Assembly: GCA_019114925.1 (NCBI GenBank)
Contig: DXEO01000114.1
Location: 192 to 64,191, forward strand
Direction: 5' to 3'
Length of the DNA stretch: 64,000 bases
From: Candidatus Corynebacterium faecipullorum
GTDB taxonomy: Bacteria; Actinomycetota; Actinomycetes; Mycobacteriales; Mycobacteriaceae
A program made the position numbers and the translations under genes. The number at the start of each line of letters is the position of its first letter. Within the stretch, counting starts at the first letter, position 1. Below the pieces are notes generated by a model that searched no databases, had not been told where the DNA came from, and worked only from the letters and a program-made list of their open reading frames with translations. Positions 27,296-38,580 of this stretch are shown here, piece after piece.

Positions 27296-27331
27296 ACCGC
27301 CCCACTTTAGGCGGGCGGTAGGCTACCGTGC

Positions 27332-27610
27332 ATGTACTCCTCTAAAAAAGAGCACCTCACCCCGGCACAGCGAGCAGCGCAAGATGAGCGCGCCGAGGAA
27401 GACAAGCGTCACGGCCACTTTCTGGCGACGGAACACACCTCGCTACCGCTCAATGGTTTTATGACGCGGCTCATCGCCGAGGAACTTCCCATCCTCGATT
27501 CCGTCTCAAGGGCAAGAGTCTACGAGATCCTCCGTGAGTATGACGGCCCAGAGATTAGCTCCCAAGAAGAACTGCCGGAAGAAATCCGCGAGATCATGGA
27601 TCTGTACTAA
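27332..27610 (+). CDS. small acidic hypothetical protein
   Basis: 92-aa ORF filling the gap, TAGGCT-N7-ATG. Confidence 0.7.
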   Translation: MYSSKKEHLTPAQRAAQDERAEEDKRHGHFLATEHTSLPLNGFMTRLIAEELPILDSVSRARVYEILREYDGPEISSQEELPEEIREIMDLY

Positions 27611-27758
27611 AACCGAACTAAAACCACACAACCGGACAGTACAAATGTTCCGTTTGCTTGGCTTTTGTACCTAATCTCACGTTTTCACTCCCGCCACAGG
27701 CACTACCGCCTAGGTAGTGTAGAAAACCGACCCATCACATCGAATCAAAGAGTAAGAG

Positions 27759-29174
27759 ATGGAACTGCACACTACTGAGAAGTCCCTCCACGGTTGGGGC
27801 CGCACGGCGGCGACAACCGCCCACGTTTTGTCCACCCCAGACGTCGACGTCATCAAGACCGCCGTCGCCCAGGTGGCTGAGGACAATGCTGATAAGCCTT
27901 CCCACCTGCGCCGCGGCGTTATCGCCCGCGGTATGGGCCGCTCCTACGGCGACCCCGCGCAGAACGCCGGTGGCCTCGTCATCGACATGCAACCGCTCAA
28001 CAAGATCCACTCCATCGACCCGGAGTCGGGCATTGTCGACGTCGACGGTGGTGTCACCCTCGACCAGCTCATGAAGGCCGCCCTGCCCTACGGCCTGTGG
28101 GTTCCTGTTCTGCCGGGTACCCGCCAGGTCACCATCGGCGGTGCTATTGGCCCGGACATCCACGGCAAGAACCACCACTCCGCCGGTTCTTTCGGTGACC
28201 ACGTCACCTCGATGGAACTGCTCGTGGCAGACGGCCGAGTCCTCCATCTGACCCCAGAGGGCTCTGAGGATGACCCGAGCGGCGATCTTTTCTGGGCCAC
28301 CATCGGCGGCATGGGCCTTACCGGCATCATCCTGCGCGCCAAGATCAAGATGACGAAGACGGAAACCGCCTACTTCATCGCGGATACCGACCGCACGGAT
28401 AACCTCGATGAGACCGTGGCTTTCCACTCCGATGGCTCGGAGCACAACTACACGTACTCCTCCGCGTGGTTCGACGTCATCTCCCCGGAGCCAAAGCTGG
28501 GCCGCTCCACTATTTCCCGCGGTTCCTTGGCCACCCTGGAGCAGCTCGAAGAGCTCGCCCCGAAACTGGCGAAGGACCCGCTGAAGTTCAATGCCCCGCA
28601 GCTGATGACGGTTCCGGATATCTTCCCGAACTTCACCATGAACAAGCTTTCCCTCATGGCTATCGGTGAGGCCTACTACCTCATGGGCGCCCCGGCGCGT
28701 AACCAGGTCAAGAACCTCACGCAGTTCTACCAGCCACTGGATCTCATCGGCGAGTGGAACCGCGGCTACGGCTCCAACGGCTTCCTGCAGTACCAGTTCG
28801 TGGTGCCGACCGACGCCGTCGAGCCCTTCAAGGACATCATCCGCGACATGCAGAAGTCCGGACACTACTCCGCGCTCAACGTGTTCAAGCTCTTCGGCCC
28901 GGGTAACAAGGCCCCGCTGTCCTACCCGATGCCGGGCTGGAATGTCTGCGTGGACTTCCCCATCAAGCCGGGCCTGGGTGCTTTCCTCGACGATCTGGAT
29001 AAGCGCGTCATGGAATTCGGCGGCCGCCTCTACCTGGCCAAGGAGTCCCGCACCTCAGCGGAGAACTTCCACAAGATGTACCCGGGCCTCGAAGGCTGGC
29101 TCAAGACTCGCAACGACATCGACCCGACCGGCGTCTTCGCCTCCGATATGTCCCGCCGCCTCGAGCTGCACTAG
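27759..29174 (+). CDS. dprE1: decaprenylphosphoryl-beta-D-ribose oxidase
   Basis: [42 protein letters not shown]. Confidence 0.96.
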   Translation: MELHTTEKSLHGWGRTAATTAHVLSTPDVDVIKTAVAQVAEDNADKPSHLRRGVIARGMGRSYGDPAQNAGGLVIDMQPLNKIHSIDPESGIVDVDGGVTLDQLMKAALPYGLWVPVLPGTRQVTIGGAIGPDIHGKNHHSAGSFGDHVTSMELLVADGRVLHLTPEGSEDDPSGDLFWATIGGMGLTGIILRAKIKMTKTETAYFIADTDRTDNLDETVAFHSDGSEHNYTYSSAWFDVISPEPKLGRSTISRGSLATLEQLEELAPKLAKDPLKFNAPQLMTVPDIFPNFTMNKLSLMAIGEAYYLMGAPARNQVKNLTQFYQPLDLIGEWNRGYGSNGFLQYQFVVPTDAVEPFKDIIRDMQKSGHYSALNVFKLFGPGNKAPLSYPMPGWNVCVDFPIKPGLGAFLDDLDKRVMEFGGRLYLAKESRTSAENFHKMYPGLEGWLKTRNDIDPTGVFASDMSRRLELH

Positions 29175-29188
29175 AAAGGAATCACCTC

Positions 29189-29947
29189 ATGCTGAATGCA
29201 GTAGGCCAAGCACAACACATCCTCCTTCTCGGCGGCACCTCCGAGATCGGCCTCGGCATCGTCGAGGAATTCCTCGAGCGCGGCCCGGCCAAGGTCACCC
29301 TGGCTGCTCGTGCGGACTCCCCACGCATCGCGGATGCCCGCGCAACCATCGAGTCCCGCGGCGGCGACGTCGAGGTCATCGATTTCGACGCGACTGACTT
29401 CGAGGGCCACGGGGACGTCGTCAACCGCGCCTTTGAGCGCGGCGATGTCGACGTCGCCATCATCGCCTTCGGCACCCTCGGTGACCAGGAGGAACTGTGG
29501 CAGGACCAAGCCAAGGCAGTTGCCTCAGCCCAGACCAACTTCACCGCACCGGTCTCCCTCGGTGTCCTACTCGGCCAGAAATTCCAGCAGCAGGGCCACG
29601 GCACCATCGTGGCGCTGTCCTCCGTCGCCGGCATGCGCGTGCGCCGCTCCAACTTTGTCTACGGCGCCTCCAAGGCCGGCGTCGACGGCTTCTTCATCAA
29701 CCTCGGTGAGGCCCTACGCGGCTCCGGCGCCAAGGTACTCGTGGTTCGCCCGGGCCAGGTGCGCACCAAGATGTCGGCGGAAGCCGGCGAAGCTCCCCTG
29801 ACCGTCAACGTCTCCGACGTGGCCAAGGCCACCGTCAAGGCAGTGCTGGATGGCAAGCAGTCCATCTTCGTGCACCCGCTATTTGAGTACGTGTCCTTGG
29901 GATTCAAGTTCATCCCGCAGGCGATCTTCCGGAAGCTGCCTTTCTAA
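29189..29947 (+). CDS. dprE2: decaprenylphosphoryl-2-keto-pentose reductase
   Basis: SDR GGTSEIG, RVRRSNFVYGASK, directly after dprE1. Confidence 0.95.
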   Translation: MLNAVGQAQHILLLGGTSEIGLGIVEEFLERGPAKVTLAARADSPRIADARATIESRGGDVEVIDFDATDFEGHGDVVNRAFERGDVDVAIIAFGTLGDQEELWQDQAKAVASAQTNFTAPVSLGVLLGQKFQQQGHGTIVALSSVAGMRVRRSNFVYGASKAGVDGFFINLGEALRGSGAKVLVVRPGQVRTKMSAEAGEAPLTVNVSDVAKATVKAVLDGKQSIFVHPLFEYVSLGFKFIPQAIFRKLPF

Positions 29948-29985
29948 AGTTCCGCTAAGTCCGCGGCGTGTGGGAAACTACTTAC

Positions 29986-31926
29986 ATGACTGAGTCTCCC
30001 ACCATGTCGTCTCCCACCATTGAATATGAGGCCGATCGCTTTTCACGTCGCGCCAGCCTCATAGGTATCGCCGCCGCCGCTTTAGGTGGCGGCCTTGTTA
30101 CGCTCATTGGCTTCTTCGCTTTCAAAACGGTCTCCCTCCCGGCATTCAGTACGTCGATGGTGACCCGTGCGTTGAGCACGGCGGGAACTGTGCTCACCGT
30201 TCTGCTGGTGGGCGCTCTGTGCGCGTGGTGGGTGATTGGCACTTCGCCGCGCCCCCGTTGGCGGACGTGGCTCACCACCGCTGTGTGCTACATTTCGCCG
30301 GCGCTGCTCACGCTAACCAGTATCGGCTTGCCCCTCTCGGCCTCCCGCCTGTGGCTCGACGGTGTCCAGGTCGACCAGGTTTTTCGCACCCAATTCTTGA
30401 CCCGCACCACGGAAGCCAGTTCCTATGCGGACATGAACTACGAGGGCCTGCCCACCTTCTACCCGTTGGGCTGGTTCTGGATGGGCGGGCGGCTTGCGAA
30501 TCTCCTCAACATGCCGGGCTGGGAGGTTTATCAGCCGTGGAGCCTTATCTCCCTGGCCGTGGCCGGGTGCATCCTGGTTCCCCTGTGGCAAAGGCTCAGC
30601 GGTTCACTGCCAGTCGCCACCGCTATTGCCTTGACCACCACGGCGGTGACCCTGACCATTGGCGCTGAGGAGCCCTATTCCGCCGTCATCGCCATGGGTG
30701 TCCCGGCGGTGGCCGTCCTCTGCTCGCACGCTTTCTACAACGCTTCCTGGTTCTCCACTGCGGCAATCGCTATCTACCTAGGAGTCTCTGCCTGCTTCTA
30801 CACGCTCTACACGGGTGCAGTGGCGCTCACCATCGTCAGCCTCATTGCACTGGTCACCGGCGTCGCTGAGCGCACGTGGGCACCCCTCGTGCACCTAGTC
30901 ACCATCGCGGCCGGTTCCCTGGCCATCGCCGCGATCGCCTGGGGCCCTTACCTCTACGGGGTCCTGCACGCCACTGCCCCGCTGGAGTCCACCGCGCAGC
31001 ATTACCTGCCGGAAGAGGGAACCCAAATCCCGGCGCCTTTCCTCTCTTTGTCCGTCATTGGCATCCTCAGCCTGATCGGCTTGATTTACCTCGTCATGCG
31101 CATCGACGAGCCCGAAATCCGCGCCCTGAGCACCGCTCTGGTCGGCACCTACCTGTGGACCTTGGCCTCCATGGTCATGACCCTCGCCGGCAGCACGCTG
31201 CTGGGCTTCCGCCTGGAGCTGATCGTCGTGGTGCTTTTCGCTACGGCCGGCATTCTCGCGCTGGCTGACGTCCGCCTCATGGGCCTGCCCACGCTCTACC
31301 CGGAAGGCTTCAGCGAAGCCACCAACAAGCGCGTGACCCTGGCCTTTGCCATCCTCATGGGGCTTGGCGGTGTTTACTATGCGCAGCAGATCCCGGCAAC
31401 GAACGTGACCGCCTTGGACCACGCCTATACCGATACCGACGGCTACGGAGAACGCGCGGACCGCTACACCAGTGATTCTTCCGCTAATTACGGCAAGATC
31501 CGTGAGTTCATTGATGCCCAGGGCTACGAGGCCAGCGAGACGATTGTCCTGACCGATGAGAAGCTCTTCATGGCCTATAACCCCTATTACGGATTCAACG
31601 CCTTCACCAGTAACTACGCCAACCCGCTGGGAGAGTTCAGCACCCGCAACCTGCAAATCGAGGAGTGGGCTTCCAAATCTTGGGAGCAGACTCCGGAAGA
31701 GTTTGCGAAGTCGCTTGAGTCCGCGCCGTGGCGTGGACCGGACGTCCTCATCTTCCGCGGCGATCTAGAAGAGCCCGGCGATGGTTATAAGACGCACTTG
31801 GCTGAAGACATCTACCCCAACCAGCCCAACGTGCGCTACCGCGCGGTGTTCTTCAACCCAAAGGTCTTTGAAGAGGGCTGGGAAGTCGAGCAAATCGGCC
31901 CCTTCGTCGTGGCGGCGCGATCTTAA
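29986..31926 (+). CDS. aftA: arabinofuranosyltransferase AftA
   Basis: GVQVDQVFRTQFL, DMNY..LPTFYP, YANPLGEF, between dprE2 and emb. Confidence 0.93.
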   Translation: MTESPTMSSPTIEYEADRFSRRASLIGIAAAALGGGLVTLIGFFAFKTVSLPAFSTSMVTRALSTAGTVLTVLLVGALCAWWVIGTSPRPRWRTWLTTAVCYISPALLTLTSIGLPLSASRLWLDGVQVDQVFRTQFLTRTTEASSYADMNYEGLPTFYPLGWFWMGGRLANLLNMPGWEVYQPWSLISLAVAGCILVPLWQRLSGSLPVATAIALTTTAVTLTIGAEEPYSAVIAMGVPAVAVLCSHAFYNASWFSTAAIAIYLGVSACFYTLYTGAVALTIVSLIALVTGVAERTWAPLVHLVTIAAGSLAIAAIAWGPYLYGVLHATAPLESTAQHYLPEEGTQIPAPFLSLSVIGILSLIGLIYLVMRIDEPEIRALSTALVGTYLWTLASMVMTLAGSTLLGFRLELIVVVLFATAGILALADVRLMGLPTLYPEGFSEATNKRVTLAFAILMGLGGVYYAQQIPATNVTALDHAYTDTDGYGERADRYTSDSSANYGKIREFIDAQGYEASETIVLTDEKLFMAYNPYYGFNAFTSNYANPLGEFSTRNLQIEEWASKSWEQTPEEFAKSLESAPWRGPDVLIFRGDLEEPGDGYKTHLAEDIYPNQPNVRYRAVFFNPKVFEEGWEVEQIGPFVVAARS

Positions 31927-31957
31927 GAAGCCAAGGCGGTGACGTAGACTGATCGCC

Positions 31958-34900
31958 GTGTCAGATCGGAAAACCTCTTCATTACGTGCACCGCAGTCCC
32001 TGCGACTCACCGCCATCATCGCTGGATTCATTGGTTTCCTGTGCTTCGTGGCGACGCCGCTGCTGCCGGTGAACCAGACCCAATCCTCCTTCGATTGGCC
32101 CCAGCAGGGCTCCCTGCAGTCCATCAACGCCCCACTCATCTCGGTGGCGCCGGAAGAAATTGATGCAGAGATCCCCCTGGAAGCCGTCGACAAGCTGCGC
32201 GATGGCCAAGACCTGCTCTACGGCACCGTGCCCCCGGAGTCCAAGAAGGCCTCCAACCGCGGCATGTTTGTCCGCGCCGGCGAGGGTGGCCTCTCGGTGA
32301 CAAGCCTCGATGAGGTTATTTTCTCTCTCACGGCCGAGCAGGTGGCACAGCTGCCTGAGGACGCCACCCTCAGCATCGCTTCCACAGAGGACGGGACCAC
32401 CATCTCGGTGGGCAAGCACAAGAAGACCACCGAGGAGGATCTGCGCCCGCAGGTCACCGGTGTCTACACCGAAATCGACGACACTCCGGAGAACCTCGCA
32501 GAGCTTGGCGACGACCTCCGCATCCACGTCGAGATCAACTCCCGGTTTACCTCCTCCCCAACACCACTCAAGCTCATCGCCATGTGGCTGGGCCTGGCCA
32601 TGGTGGTCATCAGCCTGGCCTGCCTGTGGCGGATTGACCGCCTCGATGGCAAACGCCTTGGCTTCATGCCCGAAACCTGGAAGCAGATCCGCCCGCTCGA
32701 TGGCGTCGTGGCAGCTGTACTCGGCTGGTGGTATATCTTCGGCGCCAATACCTCCGATGATGGATTCATCCTCACCATGGGGCGCGTTTCCGATCACGCG
32801 ACCTACATGGCGAACTATTACCGCTGGTACGGCGTCCCCGAGGCCCCGTTCGGCGCACCTTACTACGACCTCGTGGCATGGCTGGCGCAGTTCTCCAGCG
32901 CCTCCATCATCGTGCGCCTGCCCTCGCTCATCTCGGCGCTTATCATCTGGTTCGTTTTGTCGCGCGAGATGCTCCCGCGCTTCGGTGCCCACGTGAACGA
33001 GCGCCGCCTCGCGCACTGGACCGCCGCGTTCATGTTCCTGGCTTTCTGGCTGCCCTATAACAACGGCGTACGTCCAGAGCCCATCGTGGCCCTCGGTGTC
33101 ATGCTGACGTGGGCTTCCTTCGAGCGCGCCATCTCCACCCAGCGCCTTCTGCCTGCAGCGGTGGGCACCATCATCGCCACCATCACCCTGGCCGCTGGCC
33201 CCACCGGCCTGACCGCAGTGGGCATCTTCTTGGTCTGCCTGCCCGCGCTGTTCCGGATCATGGGCACGCGCGCCCCCGAAGTCACCTGGGCGGCACTCAT
33301 TGCCCCGTTCCTTGCCTGCGGCACTGCCGTCATGGTTGCCGCCTTCGGGGACCAAACGTTAGCGTCAGTCATCGAATCCACTCGCGTGCGTTCCGCGGTC
33401 GGCCCGTCCCTGCCGTGGTACTCCGAGTTCGTGCGCTACTCCACGCTCTTCGAGCCCTCCGTGGATGGCTCCCTGACGCGCCGTTTCGCCATGTTCACCA
33501 TGCTTTTCTGCTTGGCGCTCATCATCTACGCCTTGATCAAGAACCACCGCGTCGTCGGTGCGGAGGCAGATCCCACTAAGCGCCTGCTGGCCATCATGGC
33601 GCTTTCTGCCTTCTTCCTCATGTTCACACCGACGAAGTGGACGCACCACTTCGGTATCTACGCCGGTATCGCCGGCGTCATCGCCGCACTCGGTTCGGTG
33701 GTCCTTTCCCAGATCGCCATGCGCTCCCCGCGCGCCCGGACCTTCTCCATCGCCGCGGTGATTTTCCTCCTCGCCATCTCCCTGGGTGGCTGGAACGCTT
33801 GGTGGTACGTGTCCTCCTTCGGCATCCCGTGGTGGGACCGCACGGTGCAGTTCAAGGCCATCGAGGCCAACACCGTGGTTCTCGCGATCGCCATGGTGGT
33901 CCTGGCGATTGGCCTCTACCAATCTCTCGTCCACAGCTACCGCAAGAACAAGGCCGAAGCCGACGGCACCCTCGAGGAATTCGAGGCCGCCAACGCCGCC
34001 AAGGTTTCTCGCTGGGCAGGCGCCATGTCCGCACCGATTGCGGTGGCCTGCATCCTCATCGTGGCCTTCTCCTGCGCCTCCTTTGCCAAGGGCTACGTGG
34101 CCCAAGCGGATTCCTACTCCGTGGGCAAGGGCAACCTGGCATCCTTGCGCGGCGATGTCTGCTCGCTGGCGGATGCCACCATGGTGGAAACCAACACCAA
34201 CGATGCTTTCCTCACTCCGGTCAACGGCGACCTCAAGGATTCGCTGGTTGACGAAGAAGAGGACAACTTCGGTTTCGGCCCCAACATGATCAAGGAAGAT
34301 ATTGAGCCGGAGAACCTCAACTCGGCGTCGGTAGGCGCCATTGCCAACACCACCGGTGATGACTCGGCTGCATCCAATGAACAAAAGGAACTCACCGAAT
34401 CTGAGGAGAAGGCAACCGAAGTCACCGACTCTTCCGCCGGTGGCGTGCGCGGAACCCTGGGCGTCAACGGCTCCGAGATGCACCTGCCCTTCAACCTGGA
34501 TTACACGAAGATCCCGGTCATGGGCTCCTACGATGAGTCGCAGCGCTCCACCGCCACCATCACCACCCAGTGGTACAACTTGCCGGACTCCACCGAAAAC
34601 ACCCCCGTGCTCGCGGTCTCTGCCGCCGGCAAAATTTATCACCACGACGTCAACGGCGTAGAGCAGGAAGGCACCGAGCTCACCTTGGAGTACGGCACCC
34701 TCAAGGATGGCAAGGTCACCAACAAGGGTGAGGCCGAGCTTTCCGACGTCGGCGCGACCCCCAAATGGCGCAACCTCCGCATTGCTCTAGACGAGCTCCC
34801 GGAGGAGGCCAACGTTGTGCGTCTCGTTGCGGTAGATGATTCCACCGACGAAGACGACTGGATGGCGTTTACCCCGCCGCGCGTCCCAGAGCTTGCCACG

Positions 34901-35302
34901 ATCAACTCCCAGTTTGATTCCTCCACCCCGGCACTCCTCGACTGGTCCGTGGCCCTGCAGTTCCCCTGCCAGCGAACCTTCGACCACTACGCCGGAGTAA
35001 CCGAAATTCCGGAGTTCCGCATTCTTCCCGACGCCGCCGCGCAAACCTCCCTCACGGACTTCCAGTCCTTTTCCGGAGGTGGCGCGCTAGCAACCGCTGA
35101 GGCAGTGAACTACTCCTATGAGATCCCGAGCTACCTCAACAACGATTGGGCGCGCGACTGGGGCTCCATTGAGAAGTATGAGCTGCGCACCAACTCCCAG
35201 GGTGAGGCACCGTTGAAGGCGGAGATCGACCAAGAAATCATCCAGCGCTCTGGCTGGTGGAAGAACTCCGAGATGAAGATTCGCCCGAAGGGCGAGCAGT
35301 AG
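31958..35302 (+). CDS. emb: Emb arabinosyltransferase
   Basis: NTSDDGFIL, NYYRWYGVPEAPFG, NNGVRPEP, PTKWTHHFG, DWARDWGSI. Confidence 0.96.
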   Translation: MSDRKTSSLRAPQSLRLTAIIAGFIGFLCFVATPLLPVNQTQSSFDWPQQGSLQSINAPLISVAPEEIDAEIPLEAVDKLRDGQDLLYGTVPPESKKASNRGMFVRAGEGGLSVTSLDEVIFSLTAEQVAQLPEDATLSIASTEDGTTISVGKHKKTTEEDLRPQVTGVYTEIDDTPENLAELGDDLRIHVEINSRFTSSPTPLKLIAMWLGLAMVVISLACLWRIDRLDGKRLGFMPETWKQIRPLDGVVAAVLGWWYIFGANTSDDGFILTMGRVSDHATYMANYYRWYGVPEAPFGAPYYDLVAWLAQFSSASIIVRLPSLISALIIWFVLSREMLPRFGAHVNERRLAHWTAAFMFLAFWLPYNNGVRPEPIVALGVMLTWASFERAISTQRLLPAAVGTIIATITLAAGPTGLTAVGIFLVCLPALFRIMGTRAPEVTWAALIAPFLACGTAVMVAAFGDQTLASVIESTRVRSAVGPSLPWYSEFVRYSTLFEPSVDGSLTRRFAMFTMLFCLALIIYALIKNHRVVGAEADPTKRLLAIMALSAFFLMFTPTKWTHHFGIYAGIAGVIAALGSVVLSQIAMRSPRARTFSIAAVIFLLAISLGGWNAWWYVSSFGIPWWDRTVQFKAIEANTVVLAIAMVVLAIGLYQSLVHSYRKNKAEADGTLEEFEAANAAKVSRWAGAMSAPIAVACILIVAFSCASFAKGYVAQADSYSVGKGNLASLRGDVCSLADATMVETNTNDAFLTPVNGDLKDSLVDEEEDNFGFGPNMIKEDIEPENLNSASVGAIANTTGDDSAASNEQKELTESEEKATEVTDSSAGGVRGTLGVNGSEMHLPFNLDYTKIPVMGSYDESQRSTATITTQWYNLPDSTENTPVLAVSAAGKIYHHDVNGVEQEGTELTLEYGTLKDGKVTNKGEAELSDVGATPKWRNLRIALDELPEEANVVRLVAVDDSTDEDDWMAFTPPRVPELATINSQFDSSTPALLDWSVALQFPCQRTFDHYAGVTEIPEFRILPDAAAQTSLTDFQSFSGGGALATAEAVNYSYEIPSYLNNDWARDWGSIEKYELRTNSQGEAPLKAEIDQEIIQRSGWWKNSEMKIRPKGEQ

Positions 35303-35305
35303 GGA

Positions 35306-36115
35306 TTAAAGAAACTCGGCCGAATCTTTAATGCGCTGACGCGCCACGGCCGGGGTAGAAATCCGGTGCATTGACACGTACTCTGCGGTCTGTGCACCGG
35401 GAATCTCCACGCGCTCCGCAATCTCATCCTGCGTTGCGGTCTGGACCAAGATGTCAGAATAGGTCGCTGGCAGCGCCGCCTCGTCGAGGACGTACTCACC
35501 GCGGATCTCCTCTGGGAGCTTGGCCAGCGCGCCGAAGTCAGGGAAGGTGAGGAGGAGGGCGTCGGCAGGCACCAGCGCTGCGAGCGCGCCGCCGGAGGAA
35601 TAGCCCCACACCGTCACGCGCTCGGCACCGTGTTCGTGGGCATAGTCGACGGCCGCCTGAACCGACTGAACCATCTCCGCCACAGTGTGCTCCGGCGCCA
35701 ACGGATAATCGACATCAATGATGGTGGTTCCGGACAGCTGTGCTGCGGCAGCCACTTCGGGCCGCCACTGCATCTCTAGCGCTTTGCCGTCGCCACGCCA
35801 CCATCCACCGGAGTGCAACGACACCGCCCAGCGGCCATTCTGCTCTGAAGGAACAAAAATCGCTCCCACCTCAGAGTCCTGGACGCTCACGCCTTCCGTA
35901 AAGGCGGTGCCGGGCAGCGAGTGATCCACCGCGGAGCCCAGCACCATCATCGAGGCCTGCACGATGCGGTCCGGGAGCAGCGCGCAGTAGCGGTCCGCAT
36001 CCGGCGAACCTCCACCAGCCCACGGCGGGCGGAAGTCCGGCAGCGGGTAGTGCACCTCCATGTAGGAGGAGAGCTGCTCGAGCTGTTGTTCTGGGCTTAG
36101 CTGGTACTCACTCAT
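35306..36115 (-). CDS. alpha/beta hydrolase (HSL-like esterase)
   Basis: HSGGW, VDYPLAPEH, GYSSGG. Confidence 0.85.
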   Translation of the reverse strand: MSEYQLSPEQQLEQLSSYMEVHYPLPDFRPPWAGGGSPDADRYCALLPDRIVQASMMVLGSAVDHSLPGTAFTEGVSVQDSEVGAIFVPSEQNGRWAVSLHSGGWWRGDGKALEMQWRPEVAAAAQLSGTTIIDVDYPLAPEHTVAEMVQSVQAAVDYAHEHGAERVTVWGYSSGGALAALVPADALLLTFPDFGALAKLPEEIRGEYVLDEAALPATYSDILVQTATQDEIAERVEIPGAQTAEYVSMHRISTPAVARQRIKDSAEFL

Positions 36116-36129
36116 GGCCCCCAAGGGTA

Positions 36130-38046
36130 CTACCAGATGGTGACGCGCTCCTCCTGTGCAAGACCACCCTCGACATCAAAAGCCTCGTAGAATTCATCGA
36201 TGTTCTCGGCGATGATGTTGCAGCGGAACTCCGCCGGCGAGTGCGGGTCAATGGCCAGATACTGCGTGGCCATCTCCGGGCGGATGGCAGTGCGCCACAC
36301 GCGCGCCCACGCCAGGAAGAAGCGTTGCAGACCGGTGTACTCGTGCTCTGCCAATTCAGGCTCCGCGCCCTCTGCCTCAAACGGCGCGACCTGGCCGTTG
36401 ATGTCCAGGCCCTTGTCGGCGCAGTAGTTCTTGTAGGCCACCACGGCAATGCCTAGTCCGCCTAGGTCACCAATATTTTCACCCAGGGTGAAGCTGCCGT
36501 TAACACCCGCAGAATCGGTGCCTTCCAGCACCTTCGGCACCTGCCCCTGGAACTGGTCCACCAGCTTCGCGGTCAGCTTCTCGAAGGCCGCACGGTCCTC
36601 CTCCGTCCACCAGGAGTTGAGGTTGCCCTGGCCGTCGTACTGCGAGCCCTGGTCATCAAAACCGTGTCCGATCTCGTGACCAATCACCGCACCGATAGCA
36701 CCGAAGTTCTCCGCCGCGTCGGCTTGCGGGTTGTAGAACGGCGGGCGCAGAATCGCTGCCGGGAAGGTGATGTCATTAACTACTGGATTATAAAAAGCAT
36801 TCACCGTCTGCGGGGTGGCGAACCATTCATCGCGGTCCGCCGGCTTGCCAATCTTGGCCAACTCATAATCGTGATTCCACGCATTACCCGCGCGCACATT
36901 GGCCACCAAGTCCGCACCCTTCGGAGAAAACTCCAGGTCAGAGTAGTCACGCCAAGTGTCCGGATACCCAATCTTGGCCTTGAACTGGGAGAGCTTCTCC
37001 AGCGCACGCTCACGAGTAGCCGGAGTCATCCACTCCAGCTGCGAAATCCTCTCACGATAAGCGGCGGTAAGGTACTCCACCAGCTCATCCATCTCGGACT
37101 TCGAGGAGGGCGGGAAGTGCTTATCCACGAAGACCTTGCCAATCTCCTGTCCCACCATGTTTTCCGCCAGGCCCACGGCGCGCTTCCAACGGGCACGCTG
37201 CTCCGTGGCGCCCGAAAGCTTGGTGCCGTAGAACTCGAAGTTCTTCTTACCGATCTCCTCGGTGAGGTAGGGCGCACGCGAGAGCAGAATGTGCCATGTC
37301 GCCCACAGCTGCCAATCCGCCATGCGGCTGGCGGTGAACAGGCCCTCGAGATGCTCGAAGTACGACGGCATCATGGCCACCGCACGATGCTCCGGCAGTC
37401 CCCCACCCTGCAGGATGGCGCGGGTGATGCTGGGCAGCTTGGCGACGTCCACCGGGTTATACGTCTTCACCGCATCACGCGAGGCCACCACATCCCAGTG
37501 GCCGGCCGCGATTTCCTTCTCTAGGTTCACGATGCGCGTAGCGGCCGTCTTCGCGCCCAGTCCAAAGAGGCGGGCAGGATCCAAGAATCCAAGCATCGCC
37601 GCAACATGCTTTTCGTAGTCAGCGAGGGTCTGCGCGTGAGCTTCCTCGCGGTAATAAGCCTCATCCGGCAGACCCAAACCGGACTGAATAATGTAGGCCA
37701 CCGCCTCTTCGGCGCCGGAGTCCTTTTCTACCCAGAAGGTAACCGGGGCGCCGACGCCCTCGCGCTCCAGCACACCCAGGTTGTGAGCCAGCTCCTCTGG
37801 GTCCGCCGCCACCAGCTTGTCCAGATCCTCGGAAAGCGGCGCCGTTCCTGCAGCATTAACTCCTTCAACGTCCATGTGGGAGGAATACACGATCCCAGGG
37901 CGGCCCGTGTCTTCCTTAACGATGTCATGGACGAGTTCCTCGGCTTCGTCGCGAAGCGCGTGAAAAGTGCCGTCGACACCGCGATCATCGGGAATAACGT
38001 GGGACTCAATCCATGGGCCATTAACAAACTGATACAGATCCTTCAT
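36130..38046 (-). CDS. pepO: M13 family zinc metallopeptidase
   Basis: VNAFY, HEIGHGFDDQG, GENIGDLGG, DPHSP. Confidence 0.92.
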   Translation of the reverse strand: MKDLYQFVNGPWIESHVIPDDRGVDGTFHALRDEAEELVHDIVKEDTGRPGIVYSSHMDVEGVNAAGTAPLSEDLDKLVAADPEELAHNLGVLEREGVGAPVTFWVEKDSGAEEAVAYIIQSGLGLPDEAYYREEAHAQTLADYEKHVAAMLGFLDPARLFGLGAKTAATRIVNLEKEIAAGHWDVVASRDAVKTYNPVDVAKLPSITRAILQGGGLPEHRAVAMMPSYFEHLEGLFTASRMADWQLWATWHILLSRAPYLTEEIGKKNFEFYGTKLSGATEQRARWKRAVGLAENMVGQEIGKVFVDKHFPPSSKSEMDELVEYLTAAYRERISQLEWMTPATRERALEKLSQFKAKIGYPDTWRDYSDLEFSPKGADLVANVRAGNAWNHDYELAKIGKPADRDEWFATPQTVNAFYNPVVNDITFPAAILRPPFYNPQADAAENFGAIGAVIGHEIGHGFDDQGSQYDGQGNLNSWWTEEDRAAFEKLTAKLVDQFQGQVPKVLEGTDSAGVNGSFTLGENIGDLGGLGIAVVAYKNYCADKGLDINGQVAPFEAEGAEPELAEHEYTGLQRFFLAWARVWRTAIRPEMATQYLAIDPHSPAEFRCNIIAENIDEFYEAFDVEGGLAQEERVTIW

Positions 38047-38088
38047 GCACTTCACTCTATGTCAGACGCACCCGTTAGTGTGGTGTGC

Positions 38089-38580
38089 ATGACTTCGTAT
38101 CGTTTCCCGCCAGCGAAAATGACAGGACCGTTTTTCGCTGTGCTTGGAGTAACCCTCCTCGTTCTGGGCACGCCCGCCATCCTCAGCTTGGCTTTGCCGG
38201 AACACGAGCCGGAAACAGAGCCAGTCGTCCTCGATGATCCGGAGTGGAGTCAGCCCATCGACGGACTCGAATGTAGCGTCAATTATGAATCCATGGCCAA
38301 TCAGGCCTGGGACTGCGAAGGCACCTTGGTCGAGGCCTATCTCACCTCGGATGTCGACGATGATGAGCTAGCCCTGCGCCGCGCTGTACGGGCCACAACC
38401 TTCGGGTCGATGCCGCAAGAAAAAGTAGAAAACCAAGACGGCATCCTCGTGCTGCGAACGAATACGTACATCCCGATCGTTGCCTTTAGCGTGGCCAAGG
38501 ACAACCTCAACTACGAGCTCATCTTCTCAGAGGGAAACCCAGAAGAAGTCGCTGAACAGTTTATGGAGGCCTTCAAGTGA
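38089..38580 (+). CDS. single-pass membrane hypothetical protein
   Basis: N-terminal TM, acidic C-terminal domain with two Cys, TAGTGT-N7-ATG, GTGA overlap with next gene. Confidence 0.75.
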   Translation: MTSYRFPPAKMTGPFFAVLGVTLLVLGTPAILSLALPEHEPETEPVVLDDPEWSQPIDGLECSVNYESMANQAWDCEGTLVEAYLTSDVDDDELALRRAVRATTFGSMPQEKVENQDGILVLRTNTYIPIVAFSVAKDNLNYELIFSEGNPEEVAEQFMEAFK

